Source of the DNA: Rebecca billardiae RCC1528
Lineage: Eukaryota; Protista; Haptophyta
NCBI GenBank assembly: GCA_965240325.2
Contig: OZ251227.1
Span: 2,294,001-2,358,000 of the forward strand
Reading direction: 5' to 3'
Length of the DNA stretch: 64,000 nt
The position numbers and the translations under genes were made by a program. Positions 11,058 to 22,519 of the stretch are shown here, piece by piece. Position 1 is the stretch's first letter; each line of letters starts with the position of its first letter. The notes under the pieces are model-generated. The model did no database searches. It was given only the letters and a program-made list of their open reading frames with translations, and was not told where the DNA came from.

Positions 11058-12826
11058 GGCGCTATGCGGCCCAACGCGTTTGTGCGCGCGGCCGGAGACG
11101 CGGGCGCGCGTGATGAATATCGATGAGGTCCCGTGATCCCGTGTTCGCCCGCGAACTGTTCGGGCGGTGAATTACGTGTAGCTTATAATTATTATAATAC
11201 TATATATAGCAGTTATTATGGCCCGCGGTGCAGGGCGGAGCGCGCAGCGTGGAGCCCGCACCAGCGGGCCCGAACCACGTTTCAAAAAGATCTTTGATCA
11301 AGCAAAAAAGGGACGGGGGGCGAAAATAAAAGGGACGGGGTCGGGGGGCGATTTTTAGGGCTGGCGGAGACCGAGTTTCGAGTTTTTGAGATCGCATAGA
11401 GTATTTAGAGAGGTCTATTAGCCTTAGGCCGAAAAACACCGCGTCCACGATATTCCCTAAGTAAAGTGCGATCTGGACGTCAGCCGGACGTGACTTTAGC
11501 GTAACGGTTCGTTACGAGCGAATCGTATTCGTCGTCCCGGATCGCGTGACGTCCGGACTGGGCCACATCCGGATCGTCGGAGGTGACGTGCCCCGGCACG
11601 ATCGACGATGGCGGATGCGGGACGGCGCCTGCACGTGCCTCCGGACCCGCCTCCCGCTTGCTGCTCACGCAGTCAGCTGCGACCGTGGCGCATGATCGCA
11701 GAAGCAGTGCCGGCAGTACGGCCTGCATCAGCTAGTGCCGCGCCGTCGTGGCGCGCGCGGTACGGTTGCGCGTTTGCAGCGCTCGCCGCTCGGCGACGGC
11801 ACGCGCGTGCGGCTCAGGTGTGTCAAATGCGGTCTCGTCGGCGCGCTTTCGCCTGCCACCTCGTGCACCCGTGCCGCCAGTTTCATCGTCTTCATGAGGA
11901 CTGCTGCTGCTGTCGCCATCCGCTCTCCATCACCCCGAGTCGCGCGGCGCGCGCGGTAGGCACTAGGCAGGGCGTACGGTCACTCACCCGTGCAACGGGT
12001 CAAGTGGCCAGAGTACGTCTGGTCGTCGGCTGGCACGGGCCGCAGCGCTAAAGCACCCTGCTGTCACACCCGACTCCTTCAGTACTCCGAGCTCCGCGGC
12101 ACGACTCACTCGGCACGATCGCGGACGGGTCGGATCCGAGCTGATCAGCCAGTTGGACATTTGGCAGCTAGTTGTCAGACGGACGTCCGATTTGACGACC
12201 GATGCCGGGTGCGGTCTCAGGTCCGCTGCTGTGATTGTGTGAAGTGTGAATGAGTCTCGCGGTCGCGCAGGCAGGGCGACGGTCGGACTAATAGCTTCAG
12301 TCATCTCAGAACCGACTTCAACTGGCGAACTGCCACTACGGCGCGGAGAGCCGCGATTGCACGGCGGGCCCCCAACTGCGTTGATTTTATGCAGAAAAGG
12401 ACCGCGGAACGCGGTAGTCATATTTATTCATAACGACTACTGCGTAGTAGTTGTCATATATATATATATATATATATGCGCGCGGCGGCGGCGCGCTGAC
12501 GATTTGATGACGACAAATAAAAAGTCCATATATATATACCAACTGCTGCTACTAAAGGTGCTGATGAATGCGGTGATGACTGATGATGCCCGCGCGTGAA
12601 GTGCCACCCCGGCTACTGTAGCCGCGCGCGCGCTAGTGCGCGGGCCGCCGCCCCTCGGCCCGCTGCCGCCGCCGCCGCCGCGCGGCTGCTGAGTCTGAGA
12701 CGGCTCGCCACCACGATGCGCCGCAGGCTTTGCGTTGGCGGTTGGGCGCTTCGGCTTTGGGCAGGCGCCGCCTCGAGTCCCGCATTGGCTCGACTCTGCG
12801 CCTGACGCAGCGCGCAAGACTGGCGG

Positions 12827-14551
12827 TCACCGTCTCCAGGACATCAGCAGCTCAAGCGAGCTCTCCCACGCGCTGCTTATGCCTCGCTGCTCCGGCTGCT
12901 GCTCAGCGCCTGGCGTCCGCAGCTCGCCGCTATCGACGAGCATCAGCGGCGCGAGCTCCCTCTCGCCCCACCGCCCCGCCAGCCAGACGGCGTGCACCAG
13001 GACGGGCGCGCCGAGCGAGTGCACGAGGGCGAACGCCAGCAGGAAGAGAAGCGCGTGGAGCACGCACACGTCGAGCAGCCAGCCCACGCCGAACGGCAGC
13101 CGGCGGCCGGCGTGCGTGCCCAGGCAGGTGAGCTGCAGCGCGAGCGGCAGCAGCACGAACGCTTGCAGCGCGTTGTACACCAGGTTGCCCAGCACGAACC
13201 CTGGGGGGCTCACCTCATCGCCGCCCTTGATGGCGCGCACCGACTCGAGCGAGAGAGAGACGGCGTCGACGACGCCGAGCCACGCGTGCGGCAGGAAGAA
13301 GAAGGCCATCCAGCCGTACGGGATCGCGAACGGCGCGCCGATCGCCGTGCGCACGTGCGCGAGCAGCGTCGTGCGCACGTACGCCTCGAACGCGGCCGTG
13401 GAGCCGAAGAGGCGCACTAGCTCGGACTCGACGATCGGCCGGTCCGTCTCGACTGAGACGCGCGCGGAGCCGAGCGAGAAGGTGGCCAGCTGCGCCATCG
13501 AGCGCTCGTGCGAGCGCACCTTCACGCGCAGCAGCGCGCACAGCCCGAGCGAGGGCAGCGCGGCCGTCACGTTGAGCAGCAGGGCCACCCCCGCCATCCC
13601 GTGCTTGCGCAGAAGCCAGCTGTACAGCGCCGAGCGCTCGGCGAAGAACATGCTCACGGCGGCGACGACGTTGCTCGCGAGCGCGGCGAGCAGGAAGGGC
13701 GGAAGCCAGAGCGGCACGAGCCCGATGCGCAGCGGCCCGAGCTCGCGGCTGGCGATCGCCAGCTCGAAGATGCACCAGAGCCGCTCGAAATAGTCAGCGC
13801 TCCACAGCACGAGCAGGTGGCGGCAGCCGCGCACCGCGGTACCAAGCTGCTCGACACCCTGCTGCTTGAGGGCCGCGTCTCGCTGGTGGATGCACAGCCG
13901 GTCGAGGAAGCACGTGCGCCGCAGCGTCACGCCGAGCACGTCGGGCAGCCGGTGCCCAAAGAGCAGCACGGCGGCGTACAGCGCGCACGGCGCGCCCAGC
14001 AGTGACATGAAAGCATCGTCGCCGCTCGTGCGCACACGCGCGCCGAGGCGCTGCAGGAAGGCGGGCACCGCGCCGATGAGAAAGGCTGCATTCGCTAGGA
14101 GCAACGCGACCGTCTGGTGGTGCACGTACACTAGAGCCAGGTGCTTCGCGCTGCGAGACGACGACCACGAGTGCGAGATGAACGTGTCGCACCCGTGCGG
14201 CGGCGCGGGCTGTGAGCGCGCATACAGTGCGTCCGCCTCGTCGGCAGGGATCCCCAGGCCGATGGTTGCCGTGCTGGGCTTGTCGTACGAGTGCAGCCGC
14301 AGGCGCGGATGCGCGGACTCGCTCGCCCCGCTGGTTGCGCCGCCAGCCCGCGCTCTCCGGTCGAAGACGCTGCCAAAGCGAGCAAAGACCTCCGCCGAGC
14401 TCGCGGCACGCCACCTGTACGGCTCGCCGTCGCCCGCCTCGCTCGCGAGCGGGGGCGCGCCGGGGGGCGCTGGTGCCGGCGGTTCGTCGCTCCGCGCCGC
14501 CTCCGGGGCGAGCAGCCCGGCCGTGGAGCGTCCGAGCGCGCACTGCCCCAT
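12827..14551 (-). CDS. Multi-pass membrane protein with a TIR-like domain interrupted by transmembrane helices
   Basis: DTFISHSW, then two hydrophobic segments, then CFLDRLCIHQ, LLVLWSADYFERLWCIFELA, followed by further TM helices. Confidence 0.85.
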   Translation of the reverse strand: MGQCALGRSTAGLLAPEAARSDEPPAPAPPGAPPLASEAGDGEPYRWRAASSAEVFARFGSVFDRRARAGGATSGASESAHPRLRLHSYDKPSTATIGLGIPADEADALYARSQPAPPHGCDTFISHSWSSSRSAKHLALVYVHHQTVALLLANAAFLIGAVPAFLQRLGARVRTSGDDAFMSLLGAPCALYAAVLLFGHRLPDVLGVTLRRTCFLDRLCIHQRDAALKQQGVEQLGTAVRGCRHLLVLWSADYFERLWCIFELAIASRELGPLRIGLVPLWLPPFLLAALASNVVAAVSMFFAERSALYSWLLRKHGMAGVALLLNVTAALPSLGLCALLRVKVRSHERSMAQLATFSLGSARVSVETDRPIVESELVRLFGSTAAFEAYVRTTLLAHVRTAIGAPFAIPYGWMAFFFLPHAWLGVVDAVSLSLESVRAIKGGDEVSPPGFVLGNLVYNALQAFVLLPLALQLTCLGTHAGRRLPFGVGWLLDVCVLHALLFLLAFALVHSLGAPVLVHAVWLAGRWGERELAPLMLVDSGELRTPGAEQQPEQRGISSAWESSLELLMSWRR

Positions 14552-14720
14552 CCGCGGTCCAGCCCCCGGCCACCGGCGGCGATCAAAGTTCAGCGGCCGC
14601 CACGCCGCTGCTCACGCGGCTTGCGGCTTCCATGACCAACGGCGCCGCCGGGGGGTGGAGAGGCAACCGCACTCGGATTGTGCGGAAGCTGCGAACGGCA
14701 CGCTCGAGCCACCGCAACCG

Positions 14721-15344
14721 ATGCTACCGAAGCTGAGCGCCGAGGAGGTCGTGGATACGTGCGTCACCGAGTGGCAAGCTTCGATCGGCGCGCGCGACGA
14801 GCTCGGCAGCACGATTCGTGCCGGCTGGGCCCCAGTGCGCACCTCGGAAAATAGCCGCAAATGCTTCGTCGCCCTCTCGCTTCTCTCAGACGAGGAGGCG
14901 TCCCGTGCCTTCGCTGGTGTAGTCGCTAAGCTGGACAGCGAGGTGTACCCGGAGGCGGGCAAGCTCGAGCATATGCTGAGCGCTCGCAAGACGAACTGTG
15001 AAGCGCTGGGGCTGCGCTTACGTCAGGGCGTCGAGAGTGTGCTCAACAGTGACACGCCGTTCTCGGCGTCGTCGATCGCGTCCGAGCTGCGCGTGCATAT
15101 CTACGCCGTGCGCGCCGCCGCGTTTTACAACTGGGGTGACAGCTGGGCTCTGAACAAAGCGCTCGTGACCAGCAACGTGAGCGAGCCGCATTTTGGCGAG
15201 CGATCGCGGCGGCGAAGGCGCCGATCGAGTCCGCGCCGACGTAAGCGCGCGCGCTCAGTCGACCATATTGAAGACGAGATGCCGAGGCAAGACTACCGCG
15301 CCCTTATTGCCCTTGATGGGCTTGGCGGCGAGCGTGCTGCGTGA
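14721..15344 (+). CDS. Hypothetical protein (~207 aa)
   Basis: Normal-complexity segment MLPKLSAEEVVDTCVTEWQ... within ORF 13866; basic NLS-like RSRRRRRRSSPRRRKR; divergent from the TIR-like gene. Confidence 0.5.
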   Translation: MLPKLSAEEVVDTCVTEWQASIGARDELGSTIRAGWAPVRTSENSRKCFVALSLLSDEEASRAFAGVVAKLDSEVYPEAGKLEHMLSARKTNCEALGLRLRQGVESVLNSDTPFSASSIASELRVHIYAVRAAAFYNWGDSWALNKALVTSNVSEPHFGERSRRRRRRSSPRRRKRARSVDHIEDEMPRQDYRALIALDGLGGERAA

Positions 15345-15635
15345 ACAACTAACGAGTCGCCGACCACGGCCCCACATCTTGATCTGGGATCAGCCATCAG
15401 GGCGGCAGCGGGCAGGGCCGCGCCGCGAGCATCCGAAGGTTCTGAAGTGCGCGCGTATCAAGGCTGTGCGAAAGCCGTACGTAGTAGTCGTAGCTTTATA
15501 GCAGTAAGAAATAGCTTATATACAGTATAACGCCGCGCGTGACACGCGGACTGCAGATGGCAGCAGGCTGAGACATCACACTGGCGGCCGACACGGTCGT
15601 CGACGGAGCGCCGCGGCGGGAGCGCCGACAAGCCG

Positions 15636-16733
15636 TTAGAGCTCCGTGGTGGACACCTCCTGCGCACCCGCCGCCTCGAGCAGCGCGACCACCGCGTCGT
15701 GCTGCGCGCGGCGCGCGACGAAGAGCGCGGACATGCGCGAGACCGACTCCTCCGACTCGATCGAGGAGAGGGCGTGCGGGTCGGCGCCTGCACTGAGCAG
15801 CGTCTGCACGGCGCGCGCGTGCCCGTTCTCAGCGGCCACGTACAGCGCGCGCTTGCGTGTCGTCTGTACATGCCCGCCGCCCTCGGAGCGCACGGCCATC
15901 TCGGCCTCGAGCTCGACCGGCGCGTGCTCGCACGCGAGGAGCAGCTCGATGCACTCCGCCGAGCCTGCGCGCGCGGCGCGGGTGGGGCCGCGCGCGCGCG
16001 CGCTCCGGCGGTGAGGGCGGCACGCGGGCGCGCGCGCGCACGCGCGCGCGCGGGCGTGCGACGGGTGGACGGCGCGGCGACGGCGAGCGGCGCGGCGCGC
16101 GCACCGGACTTGGCGGCGGCGTGCAGGGCGCTGACCGAGCTGCGCCCGCGCACGTCCGGCGCGGCGCGCGCGGCGAGGAGCGCGCGTGCCACCTCCGCGT
16201 GCGCGTGCTCGCAGGCCACATGCAGGGCGGTGGTGCCGCGCAGCGTGCGCGCGTCCACGTCCGCGCCCGCCTCGAGCAGCGCTTGGGAGCACTGCACGTG
16301 TCCGCCGGCGGCCGCCCAGTGGAGCGCGGAGGAGCCGCGCGCGTCGGCCGCGCTCGGGTCGGCGCCGGCGCGCGCGAGCACCGGGACCGACGCGGCGGCG
16401 CCGTGCTCCGCCGCCGAGTGCAGAGGCTCCTTACCACTCTTGTCCGCGCGCGCGCGCGCCGCCCTTGCGCCGGCCGCGCCTAGCAGAACCGCCATGGTGC
16501 CCAGAGCGGCTTTGGCGGCGGCAATGTGCATGGCGGTGAGCTCGCCGGCGGCCTCGGCGTTCCAGCGCGCGCCGCGCTCGAGGAGCAGCCGCACGCACGC
16601 GCTGTTGTCGTTGGCCGCCGCGACGTGGAGCGCGGTCACGCCGCCCGCGCCCGCGACAAGGGCCGCGATCGCCGCCGGCGACGCGGGCGCGGGCAGGAAC
16701 TCATCAGCGGCACTCTCACTCGCTGCAGCGGCA

Positions 16734-16775
<42 letters not shown>

Positions 16776-18724
16776 GCCGAGTCGGCCGCGGCGGGCGCGT
16801 CTGCGGGCGGCGGCACGCTCGGCGCGGAGATCACCACGTTCGCGTCCGGCACGCCGTCGAGCAGCGCGCGGAGGCACTCCAGCTCGCCGCGATCAGCGGC
16901 AATGTGCGCCGCCGTTGCGCCTGTTGCAGAGAGTGCGGCCGCGTCCGCGCGCGCGCCGAGCAGCGCGCGCACGCACGGCGCGGAGCGCCCCGCGCGCACG
17001 GCGAGGTGCAGCGGCGCGTCGCCGCGCGAGTCGAGCGCGTTCGCGTCGGCGCCCGCCTCGAGCAGCCCAACCAGCACGCTCGCGTGCCCGTTCGCCGCCG
17101 CGACGTGCACCGCCGCGCGCTCGACGACGCGCGCCGCGGCCGTGCGCGCGGCCACGTCCGCGAGCGCGTCAATCGAGCTGCCGCCGTCGAAGTCGTCGGG
17201 GAGGGCGACGCGCGCGTTGAGCTCGGCGCCGGCGCGCGTGAGCACGCCCGCCATCGCCGAGTCCCCGCGCGCCGCGGCGATCACCAGCGCGTCCGCGCCG
17301 TACGACGCGCACGCCTCGTCGTCCGCCGCCTCGAGCGAGACCTCTGCCGCGCCGAGCTCGCCGCACCGCACGATAGTCACGGGCACAAGCGGTCGCTCCG
17401 TGTCCGCGTCGGCGGGCACGGCCTCGACTTGGTGGATCACGGCCATGCCGGAGAGCACGCGGCCGAACGCGACGTGCTTGCGGTCGAGGTGCGGCGCCGG
17501 GTTCGTCGTGATGAAGAACTGGCAGCCGTTCGAGTTGGGCCCGGCGTTCGCCATCGAGAGAACACCCGGCCGCGCGTGCGGCACGCTGAAGGCCTCGTCT
17601 GCAAACGCGCCGCCGTACACGGAGCAGCAGCCGCCGCCGTCGGCCGAGACGATGTCCCCGCCCTGCACGGCGAAGCCCTTGGAGACGCGGTGGATCGGCG
17701 AGCCCGCGTACGAGAGCACGCGCGCCGCCGCGCCGCCGGCGCTCGGCGGCTCGGCGGCGGCCGGCTGCGCCGGCTCGGCGGCCGGCGCGGCGCCAAACCC
17801 TCGGCAGAGCGATCGAAAGTTGTGGCAGGTGCGGGGCACGAGGTCGTCGAAGAGCTGGAGCACGACGCGGCCGGCGGGCGCGCCGTCCACGTCGATGTCC
17901 AGGAAGCAGTAGCTCCGCTGCGCCGCCGCGCCGCCCTCGCTCGCGTCGGCCAGCAGCCCCGCGCGCGCCGCCGCGTCGCGCCCCGTCTGCTCGCGCAGCG
18001 CGCACACCTCGAGGTTCCGCGGCTCGGCGGCGGCGGCGGTGTCCAGGTCGGCGAGCGCGGCGTCGAGGTTGCCCGCGTGGCGGCGGGCTGTGGCGCGACG
18101 CATCAGCGCCTTCACGTTCTTCGCGTCGAGCGCGAGCACCGCCGAGCACGCCTCCTCCGCCTCGGCCCACGCGCGGAGGCCCAGGTGGGCGAGGGCGCTG
18201 TTGCCGAGGCACGCGAGCCGCAGCGCGCGCGCGCGCGCGCCAGAGGGCGCGGCGGGCGCGTCGAGCTCGGCGAGCACGCTGCGCAGGCCCTCAGCCGCCT
18301 CCACGTGCCGCCCACGCTGCAGCAGCGCCGTCGCCACCGCCTTGCGCTCCTCGAGCGCCGCCAGCGCCTCGTCGGCCTCGGCGCCCGCGGCGGCAGAGAC
18401 CGCGTCGGCGTCGCCGCGGCGCACGGCGTCGACGTCGATGGTGGGGCGTCGCTGTGCCTGGCGTGCCTTGAGCTCGGAGACCACCTCGCGCGCGCTCACC
18501 CCCGCCTCGCGCGCCAGCTTGGCGAACTCTGCGTCCGTCAGCTCGCCCTTGGCCCAGCGCGCGCGCACCTCGCTCGCCTGCTGCTGCTTGTGCCGCCAGG
18601 CCTCGCGGTCGCGTGACTTGACGCGCTCCTCGCTCTCGCGCACGGCGGCGGACTCGGAGAGGTCGGCGCCCTCCTCCACGCGCGCGAACTTGTCGTACTT
18701 GCTGCTGAGGCTGTCCTGCGGCAT
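15636..18724 (-). CDS. TPR - cyclophilin (PPIase) - ankyrin repeat protein (intron 15965-16104)
   Basis: TPR (CLGNSALAHLGLRAWAEAEEACSAVLALDAKNVKALMRRA); cyclophilin (VPRTCHNFRSLC, IHRVSKGFAVQGGD, LSMANAGPNSNGCQFFIT, HLDRKHVAFGRV); many ankyrin motifs (GxTALHxAA); the intron restores AAKSGSAECIELLL. Confidence 0.92.
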
Positions 18725-18976
18725 CGCCCCCGGGGCCACGGGCCTTGCTGCACACCTGTGTCAATTCCGCTGACGGATCACGTGGAGTCGTGGACTTTCA
18801 ACTTCGCAAACCGTCGAACGAAACATTCGTTTTCGCGGTGGTGGGGACTCGTCTGCCGCTGCGCCCCACCGCCCAGTCGCCCACAGCATCAGGACCTGAG
18901 CAGACGGTTCCGCACTTTGGGACGTGGTAGACGTGTACGGCGCGCACGGACCCTCCTCAGGCCTTCGGACACCCTC

Positions 18977-19792
18977 TCACGCCTTCTCGGACCTTGACGG
19001 AGCCCCCTCCACCTCGCGGCCCATCCGAGCCGCCACGGTTCCGAGCGGCTTTGGCGCCAGCCCGCGCGCCGCGTACCCAACAGCGATGTTGACTGCGCCG
19101 CGCGCCGCACCCAGGATGGTGGCGGGCAGGCCGACCTCGGTGACCAGCGCGGCGTTGTGCGCGAAAGCGCGCCTTGCCTCGTCCACCGCCTCGGCGCGGC
19201 CGACCTCGCCCATCTTCTCGCCCACCTCGTTGATCCCCTCGTACACTCGCTCCACGTACTCGCCGCGCGCCCCCTCCACCGCCGGAGGAAAGCGATAGAA
19301 CGCGCACTCGCGCGGCAGGGCGACGGCGAGGCGCGTGGGCTCGCCGATCATCGACCCGCCGAAGAGGTCGGCGAAGTACCGCGTGTAGAAGTGGCCGACC
19401 AGAGCGTTGTCCGACGCCGCCTCGATCGCGCCGACGTACTCTGCGAGCGCGCCCGAGGGGGCATGCGCCGCTGCGTCCGTGCCGCGCACGCCGACGGTGT
19501 CCAGGTCCTGGAGCAGGGCTGGGCGCTGGCGAAGCTCGGGCGCAAAGCGTGGCCACAGCGCGCCCATCGGGCTCTGCGGGCTCGCTTTGTCGAACCGCGC
19601 CTCCATCGCAGAGTAGTATGACATGCGCGCGGAGAGTGCGCGCGTGTATGCCGCGGGTGATGCGCACTCGGCCAGGAAGCCGATGCCAAAGATGCGCATG
19701 TCGTGCGAGCTCTTGAGTGTCGCGTCGAGCTCGCGCGAGAGGCCCACTTTGTTCGCGCGCGACGCGCGGAAGATCGCCCGGCTCGAGCTCAT
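18977..19792 (-). CDS. Heme oxygenase-like protein (~271 aa)
   Basis: LKSSHD (candidate proximal His), YYSAMEARF, ELRQRPALLQDL, LVGHFYTRYFADLFGGSMI (distal helix), AFYRFP, EARRAFAHN; ATG at 19792. Confidence 0.88.
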   Translation of the reverse strand: MSSSRAIFRASRANKVGLSRELDATLKSSHDMRIFGIGFLAECASPAAYTRALSARMSYYSAMEARFDKASPQSPMGALWPRFAPELRQRPALLQDLDTVGVRGTDAAAHAPSGALAEYVGAIEAASDNALVGHFYTRYFADLFGGSMIGEPTRLAVALPRECAFYRFPPAVEGARGEYVERVYEGINEVGEKMGEVGRAEAVDEARRAFAHNAALVTEVGLPATILGAARGAVNIAVGYAARGLAPKPLGTVAARMGREVEGAPSRSEKA

Positions 19793-19964
19793 GGGCTCAC
19801 GGCGGCCTGACGGCGACGCGGTGGTTGGTGCAGCCCGGTTGGAACTGGCTGGGATTCGCGCGCGAGTTCTCTGGCAGTCCGGTGCGCCTCTCTCCCACGG
19901 CCGCGCCCGGACTGCGGGCATTAAAGTTAATTGATCCGTCTCGGCCTGCTCGTCTGCGATCGCC

Positions 19965-20415
19965 ATGAAGCTCATCCTCCTGGCTCTCCTCGCCCTCATC
20001 GCGCAGGCCAGCGCGTTCAACGCGCCGATGCGCGCGCGCGCGGGCTCGTCGGTGCGCATGTCGGCCCAGCCGGACATGAACCGGCGCGCGGCGGCGTTCG
20101 CCGTGCTCGGTGGGCTTGCGGCGATCACGACCGGCGCCGACAAGGCCGAGGCCAAGCCGACGTGGGCGGAGGTGAGCTTGCCGCGGCAGAGCTCGCCCGA
20201 GCCACTTTCGCGCGCGTCAGCCACGGACCCGCGCGCGCGTACGAGCTGTGTCTCCCTGCACTCACGCGCCCGCGCGCCGCCGCGCGTGCTGTGCGCCGCG
20301 GCGCCCGCAGATCCAGGCGCAGTCGCCCTTCTTCAGCAAGGAGGGCGTGCTCAACAGCGTGCCCAAGGTGAACGGCGTGCTCTTGCAGAGCACTCCGTAC
20401 GCGCCGAAGAAGTAA
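19965..20415 (+). CDS. Small nucleus-encoded thylakoid-lumen protein (bipartite plastid leader + Tat signal; intron 20172-20310; ~103 aa precursor)
   Basis: Signal peptide ending ASA|FNAP, transit peptide, twin-Arg NRRAAAFAVLGGLAA...AEA cleavage; spliced mature peptide KPTWAEIQAQSPFFSKEGVLNSVPKVNGVLLQSTPYAPKK, TAA at 20413-20415. Confidence 0.8.
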
Positions 20416-21072
20416 GCGTGCCGTCGGCATGCGTCGCAACGGACTGTCCTCGCGATCTGGCACGAGCTGTGGGGAATTGGCAGTGCAGTCGCGGTCCGGC
20501 GGCTCAGGCGCCGCCGACGCGGGCGGAGACTACGAGCCGCCTGCGGCGTGCCCGCCTGCTCGTGTCGCTTCTGCCGCGACGCGGGCCACGGTGCCTACCG
20601 CGGGTGTTCGTCGGCCTAGCTCGAGCGGCGAGCTTCTGGTCACGTGTAGCAACGAACACGCGACTGGCGTTCATCACAGGTCGTGGAGCCTGCGCCTTCC
20701 GTGACTGCTAACTCAGATTGACAGTTCAATCGCCGCGACTGACGGTCTAAACTCTAAATCGTCAATTACGACGCAGATCGAACTCGGCAGGAGCACTCAG
20801 CCGGACTGAATTCAGTTCTCCAAATAAGTCCAGTCCGGATAAACGCAGCCCTGGCCCCAATCAGCCAGGCAGCCAGAGGAATATAATAAATGCAAGACAC
20901 CGCAACCGTACTTGTAGAGTGGGTATCCCCGTTGTAGTCGACTCCAATAACGGGCCCGAACGAGTGTGCCAAAGAGTGCTCAGTGCTGACCAGTGCCAAG
21001 CCAGTGCCTTCTTGCAAGAGCTCGCGAAGAGCGCCGCCGCCGCCTTGCCCCTTGCCAGGAGCGCGGGCGCAA

Positions 21073-21944
21073 ATGGCCTCCGATTCGCAAGCCGCCTCGA
21101 GCTATGTCTCGCTCGTCGGAAGCGAGGCGCCTGCGGCGAGCTCATCCGCCAGGCTCAGCTCGGCCTCGCGCGACGACGCGCGCGAGGAGGTGCCCAAAGT
21201 CGCCGTCCTTCCATCAGGCGAGATGGTGTACCTCTCCAAGGACAACCCGTACGCGCGCACGTACGTGGAGCACGCCGACACGCGGGATCTGGACCCGAGC
21301 GAGCGGCCCGACGAGGACTCGGCGTCGGTCCCGGTGCCCGAGCCGCTGCTGGCCAGCTTCCAGCAGCCGCTCATCCTCGAGCGCATGGGGCGCATAGTCC
21401 GACTGCTGGCCATGTTCGACCTGGTGCGTGCGCGCCCCCCGGCTGCTGCAGCCCGGCCGCGTCGCCGGCTGCATGCGAGCCCCCCCGCGTGCGTGCGCGC
21501 CTTGGCGTCCGCCCCTCGCCTTCACCCCCTGTCGCGCCGGCCCCGCACATGCGCGGCGCGCGCGCGCAGATCCTCTCGCTGATGAACGTGCTGGCGCAGC
21601 TGTGGCCGGCGGCCATCACGGCCATCATGGCGTACTGTGGCTACGTGGGGGCGCGCATGTTCCGTCGCGATCTGACGCGCGTGTACCTCGTCTACCTCGT
21701 CTTCATCGCCATCGTGCGCATCTCCGTCACCGTGCACCTCTCGGTCGTGAGCTCGCACCACGAGTCGGGCGAGGAGGAGTTTGTCGCGCCGGCGGCGCAG
21801 GTCTTCCTGGTGGTCTCGTCGGTGCTGCAGATCGTGATCGCGCACTTCGTGTGGAAGTTCTACTCGCTGCTGCCCACGACGGAGGAGGAGTCGCGCTTCG
21901 TGCAGTACATCGCCGAGAACCAGGCGGGGCGCGGGCTGTTGTGA
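21073..21944 (+). CDS. Hypothetical ~4-TM membrane protein (intron 21424-21569)
   Basis: Frames of ORFs 20983 and 20919 join via GTGCGT..GCGCAG into RLLAMFDL|ILSLMNVLAQLW...; hydrophobic helices follow. Confidence 0.75.
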
Positions 21945-22519
21945 AGCGGGTGCGGCCTGGTGTCCCCGGTGTGATGGGCTGTCGCGGTCGGCGGCACGCA
22001 CGGTGTCCGCGGCGCGGGCCGCTTGCGACGACTTTCAAGTTCGACCTAGGGCGAGGCTCTTCGGAAGGCATGGCTGTGGCGATGGAAGGGGAGTGTGTCG
22101 ACCCGCAAACGCCGGGCGGTTGGTTTGACTCGCCTCATGGACTTGGACCCGTAAGCTTACGACACAGGGCCCCACCCGCGGCGTTACCGGGCTGCCGGGG
22201 CAGCTGGCCGCAGCTGCCAGCTGGCGCCATGCCCGCGGGCGGGCTGGGCAGCACTTAGTAGCATCATTGTCGAATATATACACGACAGTCGACAGCACTC
22301 ATGCTGAGGCATGATGATTGATATGTTGACGATCGAAATTCGAATAATCATCATCATCGATCATCGCCGACCGCCGGCCGCCCGGCCGCGCGGCCCACAC
22401 CGAGTGACGCCGCCCGCCCGGACCGGCGGACCCAGGCCGCCTGGCCCTGCCGCCCCTGCCCCTGGGCGCCTGGCCCGCGTCACCGCCCGGCGCGCCATCA
22501 CTGCGTATGGTCCGAGCGA

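Noticed and set aside
12503-12565. C/D-box snoRNA (TGATGA...CTGA)
   Set aside because: No terminal stem or recognisable rRNA guide; the interior is (TA)n low-complexity sequence.
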